This document shows positions 18,065 through 27,300 of a stretch of 64,000 bases of DNA, piece by piece (position 1 is the first letter of the stretch; each line of letters begins with the position of its first letter). Source of the stretch: Actinomycetota bacterium. Lineage in GTDB: Bacteria; Actinomycetota; Geothermincolia; Fen-727; JAQUKT01. The notes beneath the pieces are model-generated. The model searched no databases. It saw nothing but the letters and a program-made list of their open reading frames with translations, and had not been told where the DNA came from. A program made the translations under genes and the position numbers. Where the stretch lies: the NCBI GenBank assembly GCA_028718945.1, contig JAQUKT010000001.1, positions 11,997 through 75,996 on the forward strand, written 5' to 3'.

Positions 18065-20527
18065 TCAAAACGGACCCACTGGCTGACCAGCTGTCGTGCA
18101 AAGTCGAGCATCAACAATCTGGGTCCACCCCTCAATGTTAATCAAGCCCAAAAGCTGCAGCTGGCCAAAACTCCATATCTTCGTTATTGCATTGTCCTCG
18201 TGATGCCCGGTAGGTCCATGTATTACTTCCACTATGGTTTGTGGTGATATTCCGCCCGCGTTTTTGTTCAATAGCCCACTGATGAAGTTCCCGCTTTGTT
18301 CAAGTATGGGCGCTGTTCCATCCGGGTCCATACTTGCCATCAATGAACTTATGAAGTTTGTGATATCGGGTGCATCTTCAAGAATAGTCATGAGAATATT
18401 TGGGTCTATCCCTTGAGGAGGCGGAGCGAGCATCGCTTCCATCATTTCAGGATGCGCCCCCATCGCTTGAGCAAGAACATCGGTATCAAGATAACCAAGA
18501 AGTTTCTGAATCATCGGGATAACAGCCGGATTGTTGTTGAGGGTATCGGTGATGTCCGCGGTGTTTGAAAGCTCTGACATCTTAGCGATGAAATCTCCAT
18601 TTAGATTTATTGCGTTGGCTATGACAGCGGGATTCATATGACTCACCAAGTTTGAAATCCAGGTTGCGTTCGTATTCAATAGGTCTGCTATCATGTACGG
18701 GTCAAGGGCACCAGGTTGCAAGAGGCGCTCAACAAAATCGGTGTCGCTCATCTCAATTGAATTCGGATCTATACTTGCTATTACGCCCGTCAGAAATGCC
18801 TGATTGTTGTTTATTGCATAGGTTACTGTTTCTGGCTTTATCTCATGTAACAGACTGGTAATGAACTCCTTGTTCTCATTGATCATCTTTGCGGTTCCCT
18901 TTGGGTCCATTTTGTTCATCAGGTTCGTTATGAATGTCTGATTAGCGTTAACAACGCTTGCAATTACCGCCGGATCAAGATATTTGAGCATATCGCTCAT
19001 CATTTGCGGGTTTGCATTCACCGCGTTGGCAATAACAGTAGTGTTCAGGTTCTTGACCAGATTTGTAATGAATGTTCCATTGGAGTTTACAACCCCGGCT
19101 ATTACCGATGGATAAAGATACTTTGTTATATCAGATGCTGATCCAGTACTCGAATTCACCACAGCGGCAATGACAGCAGGGTCGAGCTTACTCACAAGAG
19201 CAGTCAAGAAATTACCCGACTGGTTGACGCTTTTTGCAGTTGCATCGACGGACATGAGCGGCATCATCTCTCCAATCCAGTTAGTATTAGAATTTACTAT
19301 TCCCGCTATGACCTTTGGGTCAAGCGCCGCAAGAGTTCCAGCCATCAAGTTACTCGTCGCATTCATCGCATTTGCTATCGCAACCGGATTGAGACGCGCT
19401 ATGACATCGGTCAAGAATTTCTCATTCTTCAAAACGGTTACCATCATGTCGGGGTCAGCGTTCCCGCTTGCGGCAACTATGAAATCGATGTTGTTGTTCA
19501 AAACGCTCGCAATAACTGTCGGGTCGAGTGAGTTTATCAAGCCAACCGCAAATCCCCCGATTTGATTCACGAGCCCTCCTATTGAAGCAGGAGAAAGCTT
19601 TTCCATCAACTTCGATGTTGAGGAAGTGTTGTTTACGACGGCGCTCAAAAGCTCAGGGGAAATATTTTCAAGCACGCCGCTAACGGTATTCGCGCTTCTA
19701 TTTACTATTCCCGCTATCACAACAGGGTCGAGTTTCTTTATCAAATTGATGCTCATCTGGGGGTCCTGGCTTGTTGCTCTTGCGATAATCTCTGGATTCA
19801 GTTTCCCCAATAGTTCAGTTATGAAGGGACCATTCTGGTTGACGATATCGGCAATCACATCGAGATTAATGTAGTTTATTACCTCTGAACTTGCGCTGGT
19901 ATTGGAGTTCATCAGGTTCGCTAAAACATCCGTTGATATAAGACCTACCGTCTCGCTGAGGAAAGCCTCGTTTCCGTTTACTGCGTCAGCAATTACCTTC
20001 GGGTCTATGTATGAGGTGACCTTATTCATGAACTCCGTATTGCCCACACCGCTTGTCGCTAATTTTTTCGCGTCAAGCTCACCAATCAGTTCTGTAATGA
20101 ACTTCCCGTTGGCATTTACCGCTCCGGCAATTACCTTCGGGTTCAAGTAATTGAGAAGCTCAACGACGAAATCCGTATTCGCATCCATGCCCTCACTCAT
20201 TGCGGAGGGGTCCATATAACTTATGAGCTCTGTAATCCACTTGCCATTCTTGTTTATAGCATCAGCAATAACTTTCGGGTCGAGAGCGGAAAGGGTTTTC
20301 GACATCATCGTCGGGTCCGCATTCATCGCGTTGGCAAGAACCTTCGGGTCAAGCTGCGAAAGTAAGCCGGATATCAAACCTTTCTGGCTTGCCATCTTTC
20401 CCATCAGCACGCTCAGAGGTGGATTCGAACTGGGTATCATCATGGTCACGCCCAAAATGAGCGATAGCAATAATGCCATAATTATTACTATATTTATAAG
20501 CCCTTGAACTCCTCTTGAAAGTAACAT
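18065..20527 (-). CDS. Membrane-anchored 23-residue-repeat protein, paralog 2
   Basis: 820 aa. Same architecture as paralog 1 (TM helix, PLSVLMGKM segment, repeats of exact 23-residue period). Confidence 0.7.
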   Translation of the reverse strand: MLLSRGVQGLINIVIIMALLLSLILGVTMMIPSSNPPLSVLMGKMASQKGLISGLLSQLDPKVLANAMNADPTMMSKTLSALDPKVIADAINKNGKWITELISYMDPSAMSEGMDANTDFVVELLNYLNPKVIAGAVNANGKFITELIGELDAKKLATSGVGNTEFMNKVTSYIDPKVIADAVNGNEAFLSETVGLISTDVLANLMNSNTSASSEVINYINLDVIADIVNQNGPFITELLGKLNPEIIARATSQDPQMSINLIKKLDPVVIAGIVNRSANTVSGVLENISPELLSAVVNNTSSTSKLMEKLSPASIGGLVNQIGGFAVGLINSLDPTVIASVLNNNIDFIVAASGNADPDMMVTVLKNEKFLTDVIARLNPVAIANAMNATSNLMAGTLAALDPKVIAGIVNSNTNWIGEMMPLMSVDATAKSVNQSGNFLTALVSKLDPAVIAAVVNSSTGSASDITKYLYPSVIAGVVNSNGTFITNLVKNLNTTVIANAVNANPQMMSDMLKYLDPAVIASVVNANQTFITNLMNKMDPKGTAKMINENKEFITSLLHEIKPETVTYAINNNQAFLTGVIASIDPNSIEMSDTDFVERLLQPGALDPYMIADLLNTNATWISNLVSHMNPAVIANAINLNGDFIAKMSELSNTADITDTLNNNPAVIPMIQKLLGYLDTDVLAQAMGAHPEMMEAMLAPPPQGIDPNILMTILEDAPDITNFISSLMASMDPDGTAPILEQSGNFISGLLNKNAGGISPQTIVEVIHGPTGHHEDNAITKIWSFGQLQLLGLINIEGWTQIVDARLCTTAGQPVGPF

Positions 20528-20581
20528 CCGAGTTTCCTCCGGTTATCCCTTCCTCCTGTCTTCCTCCTGTTAAAGTTTCCT

Positions 20582-23350
20582 CTAAAAACCTGGTGGCTTA
20601 GCCGTCGAAGAGTACTTCGTCCACAGATTCTCATCCATAGTAACCCACCCAATAAAAGTGTGAGCTTTTGCCGTCGTCGTAAGGCGCAAATTCTTCATTA
20701 GGGTTGGGTCATCCTCGAGCGTCGAGCACAGTACAATCGGGTCAAGTTTGGCAAGCAATTCGGGCAGAAGCTGCTGGTTCGAGTTTATTGCATCGGCAAT
20801 TACCCGCGGATCGAGATTCGCAAGCAACCGACCTGTCATCTCGGGATGCTTCCCCATCGCCTCAGCAAGAACAGCCGGGTCGAGGTAACCCGGACTTATA
20901 AGCGTTTTAATCAAATCCATGGTATTAGGTTGGTTAATAAGATCAGCCGTAATGCTCGGGTCACTGGTTCCCATGAACTCGGCAATGAAACTCCCGTTCG
21001 CGTTTATCGCATTTGCTACCACCTGAAGTGCGCTTGGATTAGCATCGAGCGCGGCAATTATCCTCCCCACAAAATCATTCGACCCCTGCTCGAGATGAAG
21101 TTCATGCTGCACATCCACCATTGCCTGTACATCGGTGCTTGCTATCATCTCACGAATAAACCCGGGATTTTCGTTTACAGCAGATGCAATCCTTTCGGGG
21201 TCGAGCCCTGAAATCAAATTCGAAAGGAATGCTTCGTTGTTGTTTACTGCCTCACCTATGACCTCGGCATCGAGGTTGTTCATCAAAGCAGTTGTGAAAG
21301 CGGTTGCTTCCTCACTTGCCCTGGTAAGAACAGCCGGGTCAAGGTATTTGATGACATTCTTCAAGAAAACCTTGTTCGCGTTTACCGCGGACGCTATCGC
21401 TGCCGGCGATAAGTATGGAAGCATCTTTGAGGTTGAATCGGGATTCGCGTTCATTGCGTTTGCAATTACCTGAGCGTTGAGATATTTCAAAAGATTTTTT
21501 ATGAACGTCGCGTTCGAGTTTATTATTGCCGCTGTAGTTGATGGGTCTCCTTTGCTCATTACTTTCGAAATGAATGGTCCATTCGAGTTTATGACACTTG
21601 CAAGCATGGCTGGATTCAGTTTCCCAACAAGAGCGGTTATGAAGGGTCCATTCTTGTTTACTATTTTCGCGGTAACTTGGGGGTCGCTCTTCGACATCAT
21701 CTTCTTCAAGAACTCGCCTGAATCGTTTACCACGCCAGCAATAACACTCGAGTCGAGATTGTCGAGAAGTTCCTTTGTCGAGTTTGGATTCGCACTCATT
21801 GCATCCGCAATCACCTTCGGATTCAGTTTTGGCAATAGGGAATTTATAAACGCGACATTCCGGTTGAGAATTGTTGCCGTTGCGGCAGGGTCCCCGGCAC
21901 TCATAACTTTTATGAGGAATTCCTGATTGTTGACTATCGATGCGACAAGGTCTGGCGATATTCCGCCAACAACCGCATAAACGAAATCCTCCTGTTGTTT
22001 GTCCATTGGCTTGGTCAGCTCAGCCGGGTCGAGATTCCTCACAAGTTCAGTCATGAACGCACCGTTTGCATTGAGCGCGCCGGCAATCGCAGCCGGGTTG
22101 AGCGCGCCAATTACCTTGAGCATGAATCCCTGGTTGTTTATGATATCCGCCATCACTGTCGGGTCTGCCGAGTTCACTACCTGAACGATAGTACTCACAT
22201 TTCCATTTATTATCCCTGCTATCACATTAACATTGAGATGAGAAACAAGCCTTGCTATCCAGTCTCCATTCGCATTCACCGCGTTCGCGATAGGAGTCGG
22301 ATCTGAGCTTCGCATCATTGCCATCAGGAAAGCTTCGTTCGAATTCACTACATTCGCTATCACGGTTGGATCAAGCCTTCCCAATAGAGCGCCAATGAAT
22401 GGACCATTGTTATTGACAATATATGCTGTTATCTTGGGGTCTGAATACTGCATCATCGCCTGAAGGAATGGACCGTTTTCATTCACAACATCAGCAACAA
22501 CAACAGGCGATATGTAGGAGATTAGATCAGTAATGAATTTGCCGTTCTCGTTTACTATATAGGCAATCACCTGTGGGTCGAGATATTTCATCAGGTCATT
22601 GCTCATTTCGGGATTTGCTGTTATTATCTCTGCAAGCATGGCTGGGTCGAGATTCCTGATAATATCTGCTATGAGTTTTCCATTTTTGTTTATCGGATAA
22701 GCCAAAGCTTTCGGCTCAAGCAGAGAAATAAGCTTCGTGCTCATCTCTGGATTCGCACCCATCGCATCAGCAATAACCTTTGCAGGAAGTGCGGAAATCA
22801 GTTCAGAAATAAATTCGGGGTTTTCATTCAGTGCCTTCGCCGTTGCCTTCGGATCTCCGCTTGTCATAATTCCCTCGAGGAGATATCTGTGATTCGCGAT
22901 TTCTCCGATCATTTTTCCCAAAGGAGTTTTATCTACCGGAACAATCGCGAATCCAGCAAATAGAATGGTGAAAAGAAGTCCTATTATCACCACAACATTC
23001 ACAAGTGTCTGAAGGTGTGGACCAAGTAGAAAGCCCCCTCCTGGTTGCGGCGCCCGTGCCTTTGCCCTGACCTGAGTAATTTCCGGCCTCGGAGCAACTT
23101 TGGGTGCAATCTGAACTTTTGCTTCGGCGCCAAGAGCGAGTACTTTCTGCCTGTACTCCTGCCTTGCGCGTGCCTGCATCGAAGGATGTTCGACAGAACT
23201 TATAGTTAGCGCTGTCTTGAGGATGAACTCTACCTCCGCTCTATCCTTTTGCTTAGCAAGGAGACTCTCGAGCTTTGTTCTATCCTTCGAAACTGCATCA
23301 AGAAGCTTATCAATCAGGTTGGCTGAACTATTGTCATCCAAGCTAACCAC
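20582..23350 (-). CDS. 23-residue-repeat protein, paralog 3, with ~130-aa cytoplasmic N-terminal domain and single TM (anti-sigma-factor-like architecture)
   Basis: 922 aa. Helical charged N-terminal domain, then TM (LVNVVVIIGLLFTILFAGFAIV), then PLGKMIGEI and the repeat array. Immediately downstream of the ECF sigma gene. Confidence 0.65.
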   Translation of the reverse strand: MVSLDDNSSANLIDKLLDAVSKDRTKLESLLAKQKDRAEVEFILKTALTISSVEHPSMQARARQEYRQKVLALGAEAKVQIAPKVAPRPEITQVRAKARAPQPGGGFLLGPHLQTLVNVVVIIGLLFTILFAGFAIVPVDKTPLGKMIGEIANHRYLLEGIMTSGDPKATAKALNENPEFISELISALPAKVIADAMGANPEMSTKLISLLEPKALAYPINKNGKLIADIIRNLDPAMLAEIITANPEMSNDLMKYLDPQVIAYIVNENGKFITDLISYISPVVVADVVNENGPFLQAMMQYSDPKITAYIVNNNGPFIGALLGRLDPTVIANVVNSNEAFLMAMMRSSDPTPIANAVNANGDWIARLVSHLNVNVIAGIINGNVSTIVQVVNSADPTVMADIINNQGFMLKVIGALNPAAIAGALNANGAFMTELVRNLDPAELTKPMDKQQEDFVYAVVGGISPDLVASIVNNQEFLIKVMSAGDPAATATILNRNVAFINSLLPKLNPKVIADAMSANPNSTKELLDNLDSSVIAGVVNDSGEFLKKMMSKSDPQVTAKIVNKNGPFITALVGKLNPAMLASVINSNGPFISKVMSKGDPSTTAAIINSNATFIKNLLKYLNAQVIANAMNANPDSTSKMLPYLSPAAIASAVNANKVFLKNVIKYLDPAVLTRASEEATAFTTALMNNLDAEVIGEAVNNNEAFLSNLISGLDPERIASAVNENPGFIREMIASTDVQAMVDVQHELHLEQGSNDFVGRIIAALDANPSALQVVANAINANGSFIAEFMGTSDPSITADLINQPNTMDLIKTLISPGYLDPAVLAEAMGKHPEMTGRLLANLDPRVIADAINSNQQLLPELLAKLDPIVLCSTLEDDPTLMKNLRLTTTAKAHTFIGWVTMDENLWTKYSSTAKPPGF

Positions 23351-23485
23351 TTCCTACCTCTCCACAAGCAAACCCAAAAAATTATCGCTCGAATAATAAT
23401 AACGATTTTGACTCTCAAAGGATACTGGTTTTCCTCAAAAAAGCGTGAAATTCACATGGGTAAATGGAACCGGCACGAAGTGAAA

Positions 23486-24052
23486 TCAGAGGAAACTTGA
23501 AGGACTCGACTGGGAAAGTATTCTGTTTAGGGCAAAAAGACCTCTTTTCTGAGTGGATTTGACTGCACCAACTGATACACCCATAATCTCTGCAATCTGA
23601 GCGTTAGAAAGATTATCGATAAACTTGAGAACTATTACTTCGCGCTGGTTGTGAGTGAGTCTTTGAAGGGCAAGATAGAGTCTTTCACTATCGAGGTCTG
23701 CCATTGCAGTTTCCATTGGATTGCCTTTCGCAGCAGGAGTAGGCGACTGCTCGTCAATAGGAACATTCTCCCTTCTTGACTCACTTCTGAAAAAATCAAC
23801 AGCGAGATTGTGCGCAATTCTGAAAAGCCATGACGAAAATGATACATCACGAGTCTCGTAGTATTGAATATTCTCGAACGCTTTCAAGAAGGTCTGTCCT
23901 GTAAGGTCCTGTGCGTCATTCTGATTTCCAACCTTGTAATAAATATATCTGAATATCTGATCAACATATTCATCGTAAAGCTCCCCAAATGCCTCCGGGT
24001 CGCGTTCTTTTGCTCTCTTCACAAGGTTTTGAATAGCGCTCTCTCTGGACAT
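23486..24052 (-). CDS. ECF-type RNA polymerase sigma-70 family factor
   Basis: 188 aa. Region 2 (DLTGQTFLKAFENI...WLFRIAHNLAVDFFR) and region 4 HTH (NAQIAEIMGVSVGAVKSTQKRG). Confidence 0.85.
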   Translation of the reverse strand: MSRESAIQNLVKRAKERDPEAFGELYDEYVDQIFRYIYYKVGNQNDAQDLTGQTFLKAFENIQYYETRDVSFSSWLFRIAHNLAVDFFRSESRRENVPIDEQSPTPAAKGNPMETAMADLDSERLYLALQRLTHNQREVIVLKFIDNLSNAQIAEIMGVSVGAVKSTQKRGLFALNRILSQSSPSSFL

Positions 24053-24317
24053 ACATGCTCCGTTCTACGAAAAAACTTATGCCCCTCCTGTCAGTCTATT
24101 TAACTTAAGTAAAAAAGCGTTAACCGAAGTATACTATACTTAAAAAAATTTTCAAATTTTTTTGTCAACACAAATGAATGGCACTCCCAATAAGCTGCAA
24201 ATAGTTCGCAACGGATGATACTCAAAAGTGTCAAATTTGAATATCACCCGACAAGAGCAGCTTTTACCTTAGAAAGGAGCTTGTTCCTTCCTCACGAAAC
24301 GAAGCCCATTGCTTTCC

Positions 24318-27300
24318 TCACCAGAGAGGAAACCCTATCACGTCATGCCCACCAGTCCAGCCATAGAAATCAAAATACATCGGTCGTTCGACGATTATTC
24401 CTTTATTATCTTCCCCGAGCGCAACCACTTTGGCGCCAGCATCCTTGCCCCAGCCAATAGAACCGTTCACATCAACCGTCACTCTTGCGTGACCGGGCAC
24501 AGCTAATTTCTGCTCCTTGTTCTCCCCACCGGTCAGCATGTAGGTTATTCTTACCTCGGCTTCCTTGTCACCCGGGTTCTGGATACTCAACCATTCCTGG
24601 AATCCTTGCATAGTTGTTCCCTCTGCAAAGTACCACTGAGAAGCAGTTGAATTTGCACCTATTACATCATGCCCCCCGGTTATGCCAACATAATCGAAGT
24701 AAATCGGGCGCTCGGCAATTATCGGCTGACTCGAGGTAATGCGCGCGGAAACATCATGCTCCCTTTCAACTGCACCATGAACATCTACTGTAACCCTGGA
24801 AGTCCCCAATACACTCAAGCTCTGAGCCTTGGTTTCACCAGTTTCAAGCATGTATGTAATCTTCACATCAGCCACATAGGTTCCAGGATTCAACAGGCAA
24901 ATCCATTCATCGAATCCCGAACGAGTGGTGCCCTCGGCAAAATACCAGGTCTCTGAAGGCGAAGTCGCGCCCATGCAGTCGTGTCCGCCAGTCCACATAT
25001 TTTTGTAGTTGAAATACATCGGTCGCTCGGCAACAATGCCTACATCCGAGGTAACCTTCGCGGCGCAATCAACTCCCGGTCCAAGGAACTGCTTGGCACT
25101 GATTGTTCTCCTCGACTTCGCAGGAACTTTAACGCCCTGAGCTCTTGTTCCTCCTCCGGTAAGCATATACTTGATTTCAACCGCCGCTTCATGTTCAGAA
25201 GGATTTTGGAGGCATATCCATTCCTCAAACTCGTCTCTGGTATTACCCTCAGCGAAATACCATTCTTTCGATGCACCAACAGCCCCCATGACATCGTGTC
25301 CGCCTGTCCATACTCCGTTATAGTTGAAATACATGGGTCGCTCGGCAACTATTTGTTTGTCAGAATCCACCCTTGCAGAAACATCCTTCTCTTTGCCAAC
25401 CACATCCTCCACGCGCACGGTCAGCCTGCTTTTAGCCGAGACCTCGAGCTCATGAGTCTGGTTGGGACCCTCCGAGAGCATGTAAGTGATGGTCACGCTT
25501 GCAGCAGTATCATTGGGGTTCATCAAGCAAATAAATTCCTGGAACCCCTGCCTCGTGGTCCCTTCTGCGAAGTAGAAAGTCTTGGGAAGAGTAACCGAAA
25601 ATTGGATTCCGTTCGATGTTCCAACTGGAGTTGTAATTGTCACATTACCCGTTTTTGCCCCCATAGGAACTTTTGCCCTTACGCTTGAATCAGACCATGA
25701 TTCCACATCAATGGCATCAACATTAGCGAACCTAACCTTGCTCGTGCCCTGCTCATCACCAAAGTTCTTCCCGCTCACAGTAACAGAGATTCCAGCAGGA
25801 CCGTTCAAAGGTGAAACCGATGAAATGTATGGACCTGCGGTGAACTGAACAGAATTGCTTTGCCCACTCGGCGTTGTAACTATTACTCCCCCGCTTGTCA
25901 CAGCCGCTGGAACTCTTGTCTCTATCTTCGTTTTCGACCAGGATTTTGCCTTTCCGGCATCCACACCCGCAAACGTTACCTTGCTCGAGCCCTGTGTCTC
26001 GCCGAAAGTGAATCCATTTATTGTGACAATCGTGGTTCCCGGTATCCCGCTCGATGGAGAAATAGATGTTATCTTTGGCAGAACCTTGAAGGATTTTTGG
26101 TTGCTTTCAACATCGTTGACAGTAACAATGACCGAGCCACTGGTTGCTTTTGCCGGAACACTTACAGTTATCTTAGTTGATGTCCAGCCTTCCACCTGAG
26201 CAGGTTCCCCATTGAATTTCACCGTGTTCGAACCCTTTGAAGCGCCAAACCCGGTTCCATTGATTGTTACGGAATCGCCAACTCTTCCTTCGGATGAACT
26301 CAACCAGTCGATAACCGGTGTAACGTTGAAGGGAATCAAATTGCTTTCTCCGTAAAGAGTCTGAACCTTCAATTGACCGCTTGTTGCATTCTCGGGAACA
26401 TTCACCACAATCCTGTTGTAGCCCCAGGTTGATGCGGTTCCAGAATCCACATTGTTGAAATATACCTTCCCATTTGCGCCCTGCACTTCCCCGAATCCAG
26501 AGCCATCTATGGTGACTGAATCCCCCACTTTTGCAGTTGTCGTTGAAGTTCCCGAAATCCAGGGGGTTATGCTCAAAACCGGGTCTTGCGTGCTTGCACT
26601 CGAGTTTCTCAAAACCCGAACAGGTCCAGTCCATGGCTGGAAAACCGCGGGGTCATCAGGAATCTTGAACTTGATATTTGTGTTATTCCATGAGACCATA
26701 AAGGCTTCCGGAACCATCTCGAGGCTCACATTTCCATCTTCATCCATCTTCTGCATTTTCACGCAGTTGTTAGGGTCATAAGGAAGTGGACTTGTCCCGA
26801 AATTCCCGCCATTTATCTCGATTTCATCACCGGTCTTGCCCGAGTCGGGTGAGAGTTTCTCAATCTTCGGGATGACATTGACATTCAATGGTGGTGCGCT
26901 CTCCTTTCCACCCGCTGTAACCGTCACTGGAACACCAATTCCTGGCTCTATATCAGGGGGAAGAGTGAACTTGATTTCCGTACGCGTCCAGGACGTGAAG
27001 CTCCCATCTGGAATCTGCCCGCCATTTACCTTTACATTGTTCGTATCGGTGCTTCTATTCCCTGAACCAGGGTCATTACCAAAACCGGTTCCGGTAATTG
27101 TAACCGCTGTTCCGTATGACATTTGCGTTGGGCTCACGTTAGTAATATTCGGAAGAACTGTAAAGGTAACACCATTTGAACTCCCCCCGTCATGAACAAC
27201 ATGAACATTTCCAGTAATGGCATTGTTCGGAACAACCGCTTTTATCTCGGTGCCGGTCCATGTATTAATTGATGCCTCCGTTTCACCACCAAAATATACA

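Noticed and set aside
15772-22306. Numerous 60-150-aa plus-strand ORFs (e.g. 16192-16539, 17323-17718, 19170-19565, 21477-21926) antisense to the repeat-protein genes
   Set aside because: They are low-complexity mirror images of the 23-residue repeat. They lack starts with RBS and are fully contained within the long, periodic minus-strand ORFs.
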